Below are positions 1 through 14,110 of a DNA stretch of 64,000 bases, piece by piece. This stretch comes from Geosiphon pyriformis uo1 (Eukaryota; Fungi; Glomeromycota). The stretch lies in contig JAAOMT010000429.1 of assembly GCA_016748015.1 (NCBI GenBank), positions 1 to 64,000 of the forward strand, in the 5' to 3' direction. Below the pieces are notes generated by a model. It was not told where the DNA came from. It saw nothing but the letters and a program-made list of their open reading frames with translations, and made no database searches. Each line of letters starts with the position of its first letter. Within the stretch, counting starts at the first letter, position 1. The translations under genes and the position numbers were made by a program.

Positions 1-559
1 AAAAACTACAAAAAATTTTATAATTTTAAAATATATAAAAATTAAATTAACAATAGTATTTAAATATAAATTCTATATAAAAACTTGATTTTTTTTAATA
101 ATTAATTTTATATTAATAAAACCAAGTAAATATTAAAATATAAATTTAATTAAGTTATTTAATTTTTATAGTAATGTTAAATATTAAAATAAAAGTAATT
201 TATTTAATAGTTAATAATTATTTTTAATTATTATTAAAACCAATAATATTTTAAAAAAATAAAAAAAATCTTTTAGTTTTATTTATTAATTTAATATTTG
301 CAATTAAATATTATAATATAATTGAACAAAATTATATATTAAAACATAATTTGTTTTGTTTTTATAATTTGTAATAATTAATTAAACTTAATATATTAAA
401 CAATATAATTATATATTAATTTAAATTAAATTAATTTATTATTATTTAAAATCAAAAATTTTATTGTTTATAATCAAAATAAAATTAAATATTATAATTA
501 ATATTATTATAATTAAAACTATTTAAAAAATAAAAAAAATTCTTTGTCTTCTTAATTTC

Positions 560-2785
560 ATGACCATAACCAAAGCAAAAAGTAAAAAAGCTGCAATTAA
601 TATTTTTTCTGAGATATCTAATAAAATTTCAATTAAAAAAGCTCTCTTTGTAGTAAAAGCAACTAGACAAAACGTTTTAGAAGTCTTTTTTTACCTAATA
701 ATCACAAAAAGCTGCCTTTGGTAACTACTAAAGCAACTTTCTTATTTTTGAGTGGTTTTTTACCACTCAAAGTTTCTTCAAAGAGACATATTTGGGTTAG
801 TTCTAGTGTTGTTTTTATCTTTACTAAGAGCCCAAAAGTGTTTAATAATAAACCAGTTAATAAGCTGTTATTATCCTTTATAGTTTTAATATCTGGTGTT
901 ATTAGCACCTCCTTTTCAAAAAAAATAATCAAAAAGACCAAAAGTTTAGAAAAGTGTAATTCCAACTGAAATCTTAGATAAGATCTCTATTACATTATCT
1001 GACATATCATCCAAGATGGGCCAAGATTAACCACTGAGTGTATTGTCTAATGTGGTGTTTTTTGGCAGATCCTTGTCAGTTCTGGAAGCAAAACAACCAT
1101 TTTTTGTTGAGTTACCTGTTCTTGAGAACTGGACTAATCAAATGGAAACTGATTTATCTCCTTTTTTGGTTTTTAGTGTTGCCACTAATGGTGCTTGGGA
1201 AACTATTACTAATTATCAAAGATTTACTTGGATAGATGGCCTCTTTTCTGGTGTTTAGTATTACTTTTAAGATCAAATTAACTCATATTAAGACTGTTTT
1301 TCAGTCTGTATATGGTTTTTTGGATGCAAAATCTGTTTTTAAAAACAATATAAAGCTTTTTTGTATGAAGTTTGTTTCTCAAAGTTTTTTAGATACTGCA
1401 TTTTTAGTTGAACTTACAAGCTCTGTTTACCTTGTCACTCTTAAAATTGCTAAGTCTTTAATGGTTTCTGAGTTTGGCTTCTCTTTTGCTGCTATTGTAT
1501 TGCATAATGTGCCTTTGAGTATGTTTGTTGCTGACATTAAGACAGCTTTTGATGTCTTTGGTAAAATTTTTTGTATTCAGTTAAGATTTGTTGGTACTTG
1601 GCAATATGTTGTTGTTTACTTTAAAATTTGGATGCTGCCACATCTGCTCTCAATTACTAGTTGGTTTTGGTAGGCAAAGATAGTGTTTGGATTCTTTTCC
1701 TCATGAATTAACAGAAAACAATTGTGTTTCATAATAAGTTTAAGACCAAGTTGGTCAATCTTTCTTTTGGTTGCACTGCTTTTAAAATCAATAATATGAT
1801 TTCTCATGTTGGTGGTCAGACTTGTTTTATTTTTTGGTCTCCTGAATCTGGTTATCATTTCTGTTTTGCTCTGGTTATATTTAACTTTCAAGCTAATTTG
1901 AACTTTGCTATTGTCAAAACTAGCACACTAAAAAAATGCTGTATTTGGTAAGAAACTCCTGGTTGTTAACATTGTTTTTGGTGTCAAGAAATAAGCCACT
2001 TGGCTGTGAACTATAAGATTGCTCTATCTCCCTTTTTTAAGACTTCCAAAATGTTTAAATCATATTTTGTTGGTTCTTTGTTTTATGCAAAGACATCTGC
2101 TTCTTCTGTTCTTTCTGAATTTCCTTTTTTGGTGGCTTCTGTTTCTCCTGTGACTGTTGCTAATTCTTTAATGTTTTTTTGGTTAACTGCTCTGAAATTT
2201 GATTTGGCCAAGTTGTCAACTTTGGTAAAATCTATTATTAAATTTGTTGGTAGATTGGTAACCACTTTTGAGCAATTTATTAAAGATGATTTTGTGTCTA
2301 GCAGCATGCTTAATAACAAGATCAATAAATTTATGGTGTATTTGAATGTTTTTAGCAAATTTGTTGATAGATTGGAAAAGAAGGTGGTGATATTAAAGAT
2401 TGAATATAGCATAGAAGATGCTGGTTTGTCTGGTGATTCTGGTATTTTAGTTGAAGTAAGTGATAAAGTATTTAGTGAATTAATAACACTCTGGAAATTT
2501 GAATCTCTTGAGATTAGATCTAGTTTCATAAAAACAGCTAAGTGGCTTGTTGGATTAATTTTTAGTAGTCTTATTTTGTTTGATGTAGTTTAAAAAATGT
2601 CTACCTTGAACAAGTTTTCTTGTGAGTTAACAGTGTAGTATAGTTTGAACTGGCTCAAGTAGCTGGTTATATGTAGAAAATACATAAACCACATTTAGCT
2701 TTGGATCACTTAGTTTGGTTCTAACTTCTAAATAATAGTTAAATTATACTTATTAAATCATTAATAAAAATAAAATAAAAAATAT
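560..2785 (+). mobile_element. ORF1-only (HAL1-like) non-LTR retroelement, decayed
   Basis: Broken reading frame from ATG 560 (MTITKAKSKKAA...) to about 2640. It has an RRM-like LINE ORF1 segment (VLHNVPLSMFVADIKTAFDVFGKI...WQYVVVYF), a degenerate CCHC knuckle (CFWCQEISHLAVNY, about 1972-2015) and a coiled-coil C-terminus. It is followed directly by the LINE 3' motif (2633-2702) and an A-rich tail (2762-2782). No endonuclease or RT is present. Confidence 0.75.
2633..2702 (+). repeat. conserved LINE 3'-terminal motif, copy 1
   Basis: Aligns nearly ungapped with the reverse complement of 24365-24436; differences are almost all C>T/G>A. Confidence 0.85.
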
Positions 2786-2789
2786 ATGT

Positions 2790-5700
2790 ATTTTTTTTTA
2801 TATTAGATTTATGAATAAAGTTCAACTGTTATCTAATATATAGATCCAAACTAAGTAGTTCAAACTGACAGCAAAGACTTCCAAAACACTAAGCAAATGA
2901 ACTATTCTATCTAATAACATAGACACTATACTATAAGACAAGTCCAAAACCAAACCATCATTTTTAACCAATCCAATTTTTTTTATATCTACTCTATGCT
3001 TAAACTTAACAAATTACATCTTAATATGGTGCAATTCTACAAAAAACCTTATATACTTAACAAAAGTTAAAGCAGTTTTTTCTTTTTTATCAAAAATTAA
3101 AATAGTCTTAGTATATTAGTCTCTTAACACAAAATCTTTGTAAATAGCAGCATACAGACTCATATCCAAAAAACACAGAGAAAGTGACTACAAAACAACA
3201 GAAAAACATGAACAAAAATTATTTATCTATCAGAAGCTTCATCCAAAATGTCCTTGCAAATACCAATATTATTAGCACAAATAAAAATATAGTCAGACAA
3301 CTCCATCTTATCACACAGTAAATACAGTATACCAGAATAATCTCTGTTATATAACTTTTTTCTAACTGTTATTAGCAGCTATTTAAGAACAGTTTTTATT
3401 AAATACATGTGCAGATTGGCTGATTTCTTACTAGTAAATTTAGAAAGCATATACAAATCAAGATGTTAGGCCTTTACAGTAATAGTTCAATCTATTTCTC
3501 TAATTATAATACCTGGAACTATATTGTAACTAGAACCAGTCTTCCAATAAGTATGACAAACTGACAAGTATAGATTATAAACAAAATACTGAGTATTATC
3601 AGATACAGCTGTATTTTTAGCTACCAAAAACCATTCATAAACTCCAGCCAACAAGAAAAAAGAAGAGAAAATGGTTTTACCAGCCATTATATCAGCTCTA
3701 ATATTACCTAAAATCTTTAAATGTCTTTTAACTTTTATTTACTTAACAGAAATGTTTTTATTTTAAATAAAATTAGCAACATATCTTCTTTTAATTTAAC
3801 ATTAATTATAAAAATCAGACATAGCAAATAAAGCTTCAGATATGCATGTATTAATTACAGATTGACTGTCTAGATACAAAACTACAGTACACAAAAACAA
3901 AACATACTTCAATACCAAAGCAACAGTCTGTAATTTAGCCAAAGTAAAGAACAAAAGCTTATTCATTTTAATCCCAATACCTATGTTTAAAGCTAGAAAG
4001 TAAGCAGCTATTCCACTTATTACTCTAACAGAATCCACACATTTTAAAAACTTATTTATGTAGACCTTGATATAATCAAACCAAATTTCTAGCAAACTCT
4101 CACATATATTAGAAAATTTTTCATATTCTAAAACATTCAACTTTAATGACTTATGTATATTGGTAAATCCAACTTTTAATAGAACATTTTTACACAAAAA
4201 CTCAGATGTCAACATAAATCAATAAAACATAGGACCTCTTGAATTCAATTTTTTTTACCACTAGAAAGTTTTTCAGTTCATTACATTTTTTTCTTGTTCA
4301 AAAATCTGTTACCAAATACAATATCAAACTGTTTCAAAAAAAAAACAGAACTATAATACAAGAACTGTTCCAGAATATTAAATATTAAAAACCTACCAGA
4401 ATTATGAAAAGTATTAAACAAATTGTTTGTCAAAAATAACTCATTGTCCAAAAAAATTTTTACTACTTCAGTCAAAAAGTTGTTCACTAGACCAACATGC
4501 AACTTGACAGAAAACTGCAGAAGATTCAAAAAAAACCACTTCAAAACTTGCAAATTCAAAAACTTATGCTTAAATAAATGTTCAAAAATATCTTAGGCAT
4601 TGCAAAAAAAAATCAATGAAATCATTTTTTTTTCAGATTGTATTTGCTCAAAGAATTTCAAACCATACAAAAATAAATGATGTAAAGCTTCATTGGAAAA
4701 ATTACATGATAAATCAGTCTTAGTCTTAAGACTTTTTCTGATTATTACATCTTATTTGTAATATACATTCAACAAAACAAAACTAAATTGAATCCAATAG
4801 TTAATTATAAACTACAAGACAGCTAAAATTAAATAAAAAAACTGTTTATCTGTAATTACTTTTCTTAACATTATATTGGAAAAAAACCTAATATCTGTGT
4901 AAACCTAAGTCAAGTTAAGCTTAAAAAAACTCTTAGTAAACAAAAAAATATCTAAGTACTTGTATGAGTTACTCCTTTTAGCAATTAAAATTGGCAAACC
5001 ACTAATCAACAAAGAGATAATTTTAACACTCTAATTAATAGGAATAGTCACTGTCTTATTATTATTAATTAAGATGTCATTAATATCAAAAAATTCATTG
5101 GCAATATTCAAAATATACTGTTTAAAAGCTTAACAACTTTTAACCTAAATTGTATTATCAACAAAAGCACCAGCCACAAAAAAAAAGTCTTTCTTCTAAC
5201 AGTTTCAACTCTACCAGTTCTTGTCATGAACTTAGTATTAATTTGGTATCTACACAAATGTTTATGCCTCTCAACCTCACATAAAAACAGATCATAGAAA
5301 ATCTTTTAAAAAAGTGGAGAGAAAATCTCACCCAAATTCAAATTATCATGTATCCTATAACCATTTAAAAGTCCAAAATCTGTTATTACTTTGTTTATCC
5401 AATTCTTATGAATTTTGCCAAAAAACTCAATAAACCAATTGCACATTTTAATGTGTTATAAACTAAATCTCAAATGATGTCAGTTTACTAAATTATAAGT
5501 TTTATGCATATTTTATAATATTAACCAAAGTTTTTTATTTTTTTTTAGGGCATTTTTGACAACCAATCCAATGGCAAAAATAGGAAACTGAGTTAAAGTA
5601 CCCTTTAATACTAAAAAGTTGTTACTGTGAAAAATGTTAAATTTGCTACATGTTAATAATATCTAATCAAAAAAATCTTAAATAAGATTTTTTGAGCTGT

Positions 5701-8700
5701 TTTAATTATTATAATAGACTTAATATTTGTTAAAACACTATTCTATTCATAAGACTTTGGGATCATTGAAACTCATACTCTTTTTCGAAGAATTGGAACT
5801 GTATTTAAAGTCAAACACAAATTCAATAACTTCAAAAAACAACTCAATATCTTTTTATTACAATGTTTTTAAAATTTATTAAATATCTTTGACAACTCAA
5901 TAGCTTTACTATTTGGCAAATTATTAACAATTACAGTCAAATTCTTCATATCAATCTCTTTTATTACATCAGAAAAAGCATTATTATCTATATAATTTAA
6001 AAACATATATTGACAAAACCAAAAGTTGGATATTTTTGGAAATACTAATTACTTTTTTATTCCCTTTTTTATGATTTCATTAACTTTAAGCTTTACTTTA
6101 TTAGGCTTTACTACCAATTTATTTTCTGCTACCAAGTAATCTAAAACAATTTTACAAAATGGTTTTTTTAAAATACTTTTTATAATTCATTTTTTGTCAA
6201 AACAGAAATTTTTTATGTATTGTTTAATTACCTTCCTAATAGCTGTATTCTTAAATGCTTTTGATTCATAATACTTAGATTTTTAATATTTTTTTCTTAT
6301 TATTAACAAATGCTTAACTAATTTAATTAAGCATACATCACTTTAAATTATATCAATAATTATAGATGTTTTAACAATATCAATAAACAACCAAACTTCA
6401 ACAAGATAGTTGAATTTCAACAAATTTCTTAAGTTTTACTTCTTTATAATTTTTGCAATAAGTAATTTCAATTTAAAAAATTTTGAAAATTGTTTGTTTT
6501 TCAAACAATTATATTTACTATACTAATGCCTAAAAAACATCACATTAACAGCATATACTATGGCTTTTTTCAGTATCTCTTATATTATATCTAAGTTACT
6601 ACAAGTATATGTCTCCTCAAATACATTTGAATTTGCCAATAATCTGTCAAAAGATAGCTTTTTTAATCATACTTATTTAGCATTATTTGTATTTTTCAGC
6701 CTGAATCTCTACTGATTCTTATTAGTTTGTTTATGAATATTATTAAAACAAATATTCAGAAAACTACCTAAACTAATCAATACTGAGACTATTTTATAAT
6801 CAGTGTTAAAAAATTCTGTCATAACATTAATCTTATGACATGCTATTGCAGATGCCAAATTCTCATTCATAAAAATAAAATTCAACATCTTTTTAACTCT
6901 TCTAGAATTGCTTCAAGTAAAAGTTTTAGCCAATAGATGTCTATTAAACACATTAATTAGACTTAAATCCAAACAGAACTTGAAACTTGTACTTTTCTTG
7001 AAACTATTCTTATTAAAGTCACCACCCAAAATCACAAACAAGCTAGAATTGACCATCTTAGAAATCATAAAATTGATATTAGAAGCTTAACCAAATTATG
7101 TACCAACAGATACACCAGTATATAAACCCAAAATAATAACTAAAAGCTTGTTTTTGAATAAAAAACATATTTAAATCAACTAATCTGAAATCTTATTTAC
7201 CTTTGAAACATGTTAAGCTAAAGAACTATTCATAATTATGACAATACTAGTATTAACAAAACTCTTATCCAAATTAGAAGTAAAAATTCAAACTTTATTA
7301 AACTTATTCATAATTTATAGCCTAATTTTAGACCTCAACTTTGTTTTAGTAATAATAAAAATTATGTTATCAGAATTTATATGTCAACAAACAATGTTTT
7401 CTTGCTTGATAAGAATATTAAGATCTTTAATATTACAAATAGCAATCTTCCAAACCAAATTTGTTATTAAGAAGAAAAATTTTTCATACTCAAACTAAAA
7501 TTGTTCATCTTGGTCATTAGATTCATAATTGTAATTAACAAATTGTCTATATTTTTTTCCAATTTTAAAACAAATATTTGATCAAAAACCACTGCTTTCA
7601 CAACAGTTTTACCATTAATAATCATACTTAAACCCTTATTTATTACTATATCTGCTCCTTAATTTTGTGATAAAAGAGTTATCAACAATTGACATTTAGA
7701 GCTAGACTAGAAAACCATTGGCTCAAGTATGTCCAATCTCTTAGCTAGCTTATTAATCTGCTCCATAAGACTGGCAAAACTGTATTTAAGAGCAACAAAC
7801 CTATTACTTACATTTAAAGAAGCCAGTAGAAGAGATTTTACATTCAAAAACAAACTAGCACCAGAAAAAACCAATTCACTACAACCAAATCAGCTTGATC
7901 TAATTGGTCAAACTTAACTACAGCCTTTTGCCACATTTTTACCAACTGTATTTTAATTGACTTAATTATATTAAATCTGAATAACACAATACATACAGTT
8001 TCAGTTAATGTTTCAATTGGTATTTCTTTTACTATCACAGTCTGATTTGAATGTCTAGTAAATATTTTAAAATCAGTATTTACTAAAATCTTTGCACTCT
8101 TAGCTTTTTCAAAAGCTTGTGTTAAGCTTAATTCAGAAATAAATATTACTTTAATAATTCTAACAAATTTTGAGAGAGTAGATGCTCTCTCCAAAACCAT
8201 TAATTCCTAAAAACAATTTTCTGATCAATGTATATTTCTTATGTAATGTATTACTATTAATCTTATTCAACCCAATATTCAAGGCAAAAAATTTTCTAAT
8301 AAAACCATTTATCAAGTTTTCAAAAGGGAGAAAGCACAAGAAAAACATTTAATAAAATATCATTATCATTATTACTTAAGAAATTTATCTTTTTCAACAG
8401 TTTTTTTAAGGCTTTTTTGGTTTTAATCTACAAACTTTTTATTGTTTGGTTAGTATCTTTTTCATTAAAAGTATTTCTTTTACTATAGTCAATACTAGTT
8501 TTCTTAATTAAACACTTCTTTTTATGTTAATACTATTAAATTTAGTAGGATTATCAACATTTGAACCCTAAGAACAACCACTCAACTCTTTAACAGAAAC
8601 TTTCTTAGTGTCAATATCATCTTCCAAAACATTTTTTTTTATTTCTTAATAACACAGATTTAACATTAATAATAAGTCTAGAAGTCTTAGCAAACTTCCT

Positions 8701-8850
8701 TAAAATAGCAATATTAGAACCAATAATGACTTTATAATCAAGCAAAAATAGTTTAGATTTATCATACTAAATGATTAAAATTTCTTTCAAAAAAACTCTT
8801 TGACTCTTTTTTGGGAATTTGAGATAAAAAAGAGAAAGAAATTTTTTACT
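2790..8850 (-). mobile_element. near full-length LINE (ORF1 + APE-RT-RNase H ORF2), pseudogenised
   Basis: ORF1 about 8750-7480 (KEIPIETL...QLVKMWQKAVVKF), apparently internally deleted. ORF2 starts about 7470: APE motifs LVWKIAICNIKDLN, T(E)TKL, FVILGGDFN (about 7012-7035), TD(H/Y); RT motifs VSMIPKSYEW, GEIFSPLF, AFVD(N/D) (about 5160); RNase H motifs LYLDSQS and KVKRHLKILGNIRAD (about 3700-3900). T-rich tail at about 2790. Many stop codons. Confidence 0.9.
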
Positions 8851-8859
8851 AATATTATT

Positions 8860-9485
8860 TTTAATAAATATAATAAAAAAAATTAAAAAAAATAAAAAAA
8901 AGTAAAAAAAATAGAATTTTGTTAAAAAAATTATTTTTGGTCTAAGTCTGAAGTTACTAACAGTTTACTGAAATTGGTAGCTAATCAATTTCAAAATATT
9001 AGTTAGATTTTAAAGAATTTTAAGTGTAATTGCTAAAGAAATTGGTTTTTTAAAATATATTTTTATTTTGAAATTGTACTAAAATAAGAATAAAATCTAA
9101 AGTAAAATATATTTTTTCAAAGAAAAAAGCTTTTTTTTTATACAACTTATTATAATAATAGTCTGTAAACTTGAACTTTTTTTCTTTGCTATAATTTTGA
9201 TAAATTAAAGATATATTTTAATAAACTACAAGTTATTTTGTTAAGCTATTTATTATTTCGACAAATTTTAATGAATTCTTAAATTTTATATGATTTGGTA
9301 TAATGTATAATTTGATTATTCTAATTTTTTATTATACAAATTAGGTTATTAATTAAATAGCAATTTTTGATAATTTTTGATTAAATAATAAATGATAATT
9401 TAAATAATAATAATATATGTTAATTAATAATAAGAATTATAAAGTAATTTTATGTTAATTAATAATTAAAATTTTATTAATAACA
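8860..9485 (-). mobile_element. partial LTR, Gypsy family A
   Basis: Colinear with 26645-27309, 49745-50392 and the reverse complement of 37821-38480; ends in ...TAACA at 9485. The left part is lost at the LINE 5' end. Confidence 0.85.
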
Positions 9486-11828
9486 GTAGATATTATGGTT
9501 AATAGTGGTAAAAAGTTAGAAAAAATTCTGTGTTACCTATTAAAAATCAAAAAATATATCACAAATCTAAAGTTGTTAGAAACAATCTCATTAGAAAAAT
9601 AATAGATAAGTATATAAAAAATTATTGTTTTAATAAAAAGTAAATAATTAAAAGTATTTTGAAACAGTTATTTTGAAAGATAGTACTTAATTATTTAGTA
9701 GGAAATAACAATCTGGTTTTAAAGTCTTGTAAGGTCAAATTTATAATTAATACAATTATAGAAAAGTAGATAAAAAAGTATGTAATATCTAGTATTTGGC
9801 TTGACTAATAGTCCAACCAATATGCTTTTTTAAACTATGTTAATAATAATATATGCTTAGGAATTATGTATAATATTAAGTTTGATAAGTTTCTGCAAAT
9901 AGTCAAGAATCTGCTTAATAAAAAAGATGTTGGTCTTTTTAGTATTTGTAATAAGCTCTAAAAACATAATGATAAACAAATTTTGAAGGGTTTATTAGAT
10001 ATTTTTAATATGTGTTTAGTGTTAAATACAGTTTTTATACAGTAAAAAAAGACTTGAGTCTTTATAATATTAAAACTATATAATTAAGAGAGAATTTTTA
10101 TTAATATTAGATTGATAGTTTTGATTAAAACAACTTATAAAATCTTATCTAAGTTTTCTCAAATAGAATTTTCTTGGTTTGTAGTAGATTTGACATCTTA
10201 TATGGTAATAATTTTTTGGTTTTAAAGAGAATGTTTATTCAAACTCCAAATTTTGCTATTGGTTTTATAATTAAGAATATATTAAAAAAGAACAAAAAGC
10301 TATAACTGGTTTTTTAAAACATATATAAAATATACAATTCTGTTAAATAGTATTATTTGCAAAACAGTTTGACTAAAATTAAGATATGTTCCTATTTTAT
10401 TAGATTTTTTGAAAGTATTTACAATAATAGAATCAATTAAGTGATAATAGATTTTAGACTTATAGATGGGTATATTGTTCATGATAGTTTAGATTAAGAG
10501 AAGATTTTCTTATCACTACTATAGAAAATTTTTTACAATCCTTTGCTTTATAAAGTTAAAAAACATAACAGTTTGTTTAACTACAGATTAAATTCAAAAT
10601 TTATCACAAAAATTGACAAGCAAAATTTTAGAAATAACAAGATTTTTTTTCTGGTGGCAAAAGTTTTTATAGACAATATGATTTGAATTAAGAATAGCAT
10701 GTTTGTTATTTAACATATTTTAAACATTTTTAATGAATTTTTTCAAATTAATAACATTTTAATCAACACAAAAAAGATAGTTGTTATACCTATCAATCAA
10801 AAAATAGAAGCTTCTTACTTGTTAATAAGTAGATCAAATATTTTAATAGCAAAAAAAGATGAATTTCATAAATACTTGGGCATTTTTTTGTCTATAGATA
10901 ATTTTTTTAAGTCTTACCAAAACTCATTTGGATGTTAGATTTTTCATAAATCTGGTTTTGAGGAAAACTATTTTAGACAAGCAATTTTTGTATTTGGTGT
11001 TTGTAATTTTCTATCTTATAATTAGTTATAAGTTGTAATTTAATTATATATTAATAAATATATGTAAAAAATGAGACAGAATATTGAAAAAAAATTGAAG
11101 CTTAAGACCAATTTGTCTAAAAACTTTTTCAATAAAGCTATTTTCTATTCTAAGTTGTATAGTTTTAAGTTATTTGAACAGATATAAGCTGAAAATTTGC
11201 TGGCTAATTTGGTTACATTTGCCAATTTGAGAAAAATTTTTAACAGATTATTTAAACATAAAGGTATAAATTTACAGGCTATTAGCTGAATATTTCAGTA
11301 TCTTCTTAGTTTTCTAGTTATATTATTAATTAATCCAATAAATTGCTTTCTGGCAGATATAACTAGCACTTTAGTATTAAATAATTTGTCTTTAAGAAAT
11401 AACTTTCCAAATGTATTTCAGACTGGTAATAGTATTGTTGTTATTAATATTTTGAATCTAAATTATTATATAAGTGTAATAAGATTATTGAAAAAGTTTG
11501 GTATTGTTTTTGTTAACCAATTCTTAGACTGTTATAATATATGCTTTATATAAAACATGTTTTACAGGTAAAAAAAACTTGATTCTAAAAGTTCTGTTTC
11601 TGGTTGATTCAGTTTTTTTGTCATGTTTATTGAGAGAAATGATCTGGTTAGTTATGATACTTTGGCTTTTTATTCTATATTTGTTAACCATTTATGCAAC
11701 TTTAATTTTGTTAAAGAGTATTTACTAAGAAATAAGATGGGTAAAATAGTTGTTTATATGAATAATTAAGTTAAAAATTTGGGTTTTGTGGGTGCTTGTG
11801 GTAATACAGCTGCTTATTTTTTGGATAT

Positions 11829-12826
11829 TGTTATTTGAGTAGAAAAACCAATCCAAAAAATACTGGAAAAAAATATAATTAAAAATGTAATAACTTAAAA
11901 AATTATGATAATACAAATAACACAAAATAATGTATTATAACTTAAGATAACACAAAATAATACACAATAACATGAAATAATTAGTTATAATATAGAATAA
12001 CTAGTTATAATATAAAAAAACAAAACAACAACAAAAATAATAAGTAATAGTTAGTAATAACAAACAATCAAAAATAATCTTGTAAAAATTAGAAATATGT
12101 ATAAAAACAAGTAGTTTTAGCAGTAAAAAAAAGAAAAATGAACAGACAGATAGAAAAATATATTTTTTTTACTTATATTTATTAGATTTACTTTATTTAT
12201 ATATTTATATATTTATATTATTTCAAATAAAAAATATATTTAAAACTTAAACTTATTTATATATAATTCATAAATTCTGTATTTAAACTAAATTAATTAT
12301 TTTTTTATCTTTATTTTTGATCAAATGCTTTTAGCATAAATTGTCTTGAATAATAACAACTTGAATTAATTGTTTTTGATCATAATGATTAATAATACTA
12401 ATTTCTTTTATTTCTATTTTCTTTTTTTTTCTTTTTTTTTTTCTTTTGTAAAGTAGCAATATTGTAAAATTGGCTGTCTAAAAATAAATTTTGTAATAGT
12501 CTGATAAAAAAAGGAAGCTATTTTTAAGATTAGATATTAATATTATTTTGTTAGCTTATTAAAAAAACAAAAAAACACCACCAGATCTTAACAACTGCAC
12601 TTAACTAATTTGGAAAAGATGGCTTATATACTTAAGTCACAAATAGCCAAATACTTTTTTGTGTCTTATAATTAAAGAATTCTACAAATAAAATTAGTAA
12701 AAAAACTTTAAAAACTAATATTAATGACTTATCTTAAGTATTTAGAATAAAAACTTTTAAGTTCTTTTTATTCAAATTTAGAGCACCAAATATTATTATA
12801 AGATCCTACCAAGTTTACTTATAAAA
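11829..12826 (+). mobile_element. solo LTR (family D) with 4-bp TSD ATAT
   Basis: Starts TGTTA, with ATAT at 11825-28 and 12827-30. Removing it restores the LINE RNase H frame (GAT ATT AAC). It has a U3-like tandem-repeat block and GAGCACCAAA about 40 nt before the end, as in the other LTR families. The terminal CA is degenerate. Confidence 0.7.
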
Positions 12827-14040
12827 ATATTAACATAAGTGTAAAAATAAAGATATATAGCTTGTTTTCTTTAACTTTGGTAAAACTACAGACTATTATG
12901 CTTATATTGGAATGTGTTTTTATGTCTAGCTCAGTTATATTGTTTACAAATAGCCAAGAATTATTAAATGTTTGTGCCTTAAATAAGAAGTATATTAGTC
13001 CTGATTTTTATGATAAATATTAGATTAAAAAAGAACATATTTATTAAGCCATTATGTCAAAAAATTTGTTAGTTAGTTGGAATAAAGTCAAAAGCCATTT
13101 TGAAATTGTTGATAATAAATATGCAAACTTTTTTTATCAATGCTGTCACCATATCTGGTTTTACAATATTTGTTTAGATACTATACTATTTTCTTGTGAT
13201 TAAAGAAAAATCTGTTTCTGAAAATGCCTATTACTTTATTAAGTATTTGTTTAAGATTATTAGTTTTATTAACTGGGAATCCAAATGTATTAATAGTGCT
13301 ATGGATATAATAATATGCAATCTTTTCAATATATATAAAACTTTTAATATGTGGTATCTTAATGATCATATTAAATTTGGTTTTATCAATTCTGTTTTTA
13401 TAGCACTTTAATTCTACTTTATAAAGACCTTGTACTATTGTTTGCTTATGGCCAAGAGAAAAAGACTGTATAACTCAAATTATTTTAATATATTGTATAT
13501 TTAGTATAAATTAATTAAGAATTTTGATTATATATTTTCATGTATTTATAATAATTGCACTAAAAAAGACCTGATTTTAAACACTATTTAAAAGTGAACT
13601 AATTTGATAAATGTTTGTATTATTAATTATAAAGTAATTCAGTTTTTACATAAGATAAAGTTTTCTGATTACTTATATATATCACTAATTAAAAACTTTG
13701 TATTGAAGAAATAGGTAGTTAAAACAGTGTATTTGTTAAATGTTAGGTTTAATAATAAAATAATGATTATTAATTGGTTTAGAGTTTTGCTGAAAATCAT
13801 AAATTTGCCATATGATTATTAGGCACAAGACTAAAAACATATTACAAAAAGCATAGTCTTCTGCTTTATAATAGATTAGTTGTTTTATTTGGTTTGGATT
13901 TATTATTCTTGTAGACTTTTAAAATAATTTATAATTTTGGTATCAAATTAGGTATACATGTTTGTTTTGGATTACATCTTCTTTTGTTTAGTAAATGCTT
14001 TGGTTTTATGTAAAATTTTTCTATAGTATGTAGTTTAAGT

Positions 14041-14110
14041 ATATAGTATTGTTTTAATTGGCTTAAATGACTAGTTACATATAGAAAAAGCATGAATTAT
14101 ACTTAATTCA
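14041..14110 (+). repeat. conserved LINE 3'-terminal motif, copy 2
   Basis: Aligns with 2633-2702 and the reverse complement of 24365-24436, mainly by transitions; lies just before the LINE tail. Confidence 0.8.

Noticed and set aside
1-540. Organellar or bacterial AT-rich DNA, or a replication origin
   Set aside because: No genes or RNA motifs. Most likely a terminally eroded repeat like 24460-25960, but no family could be assigned.
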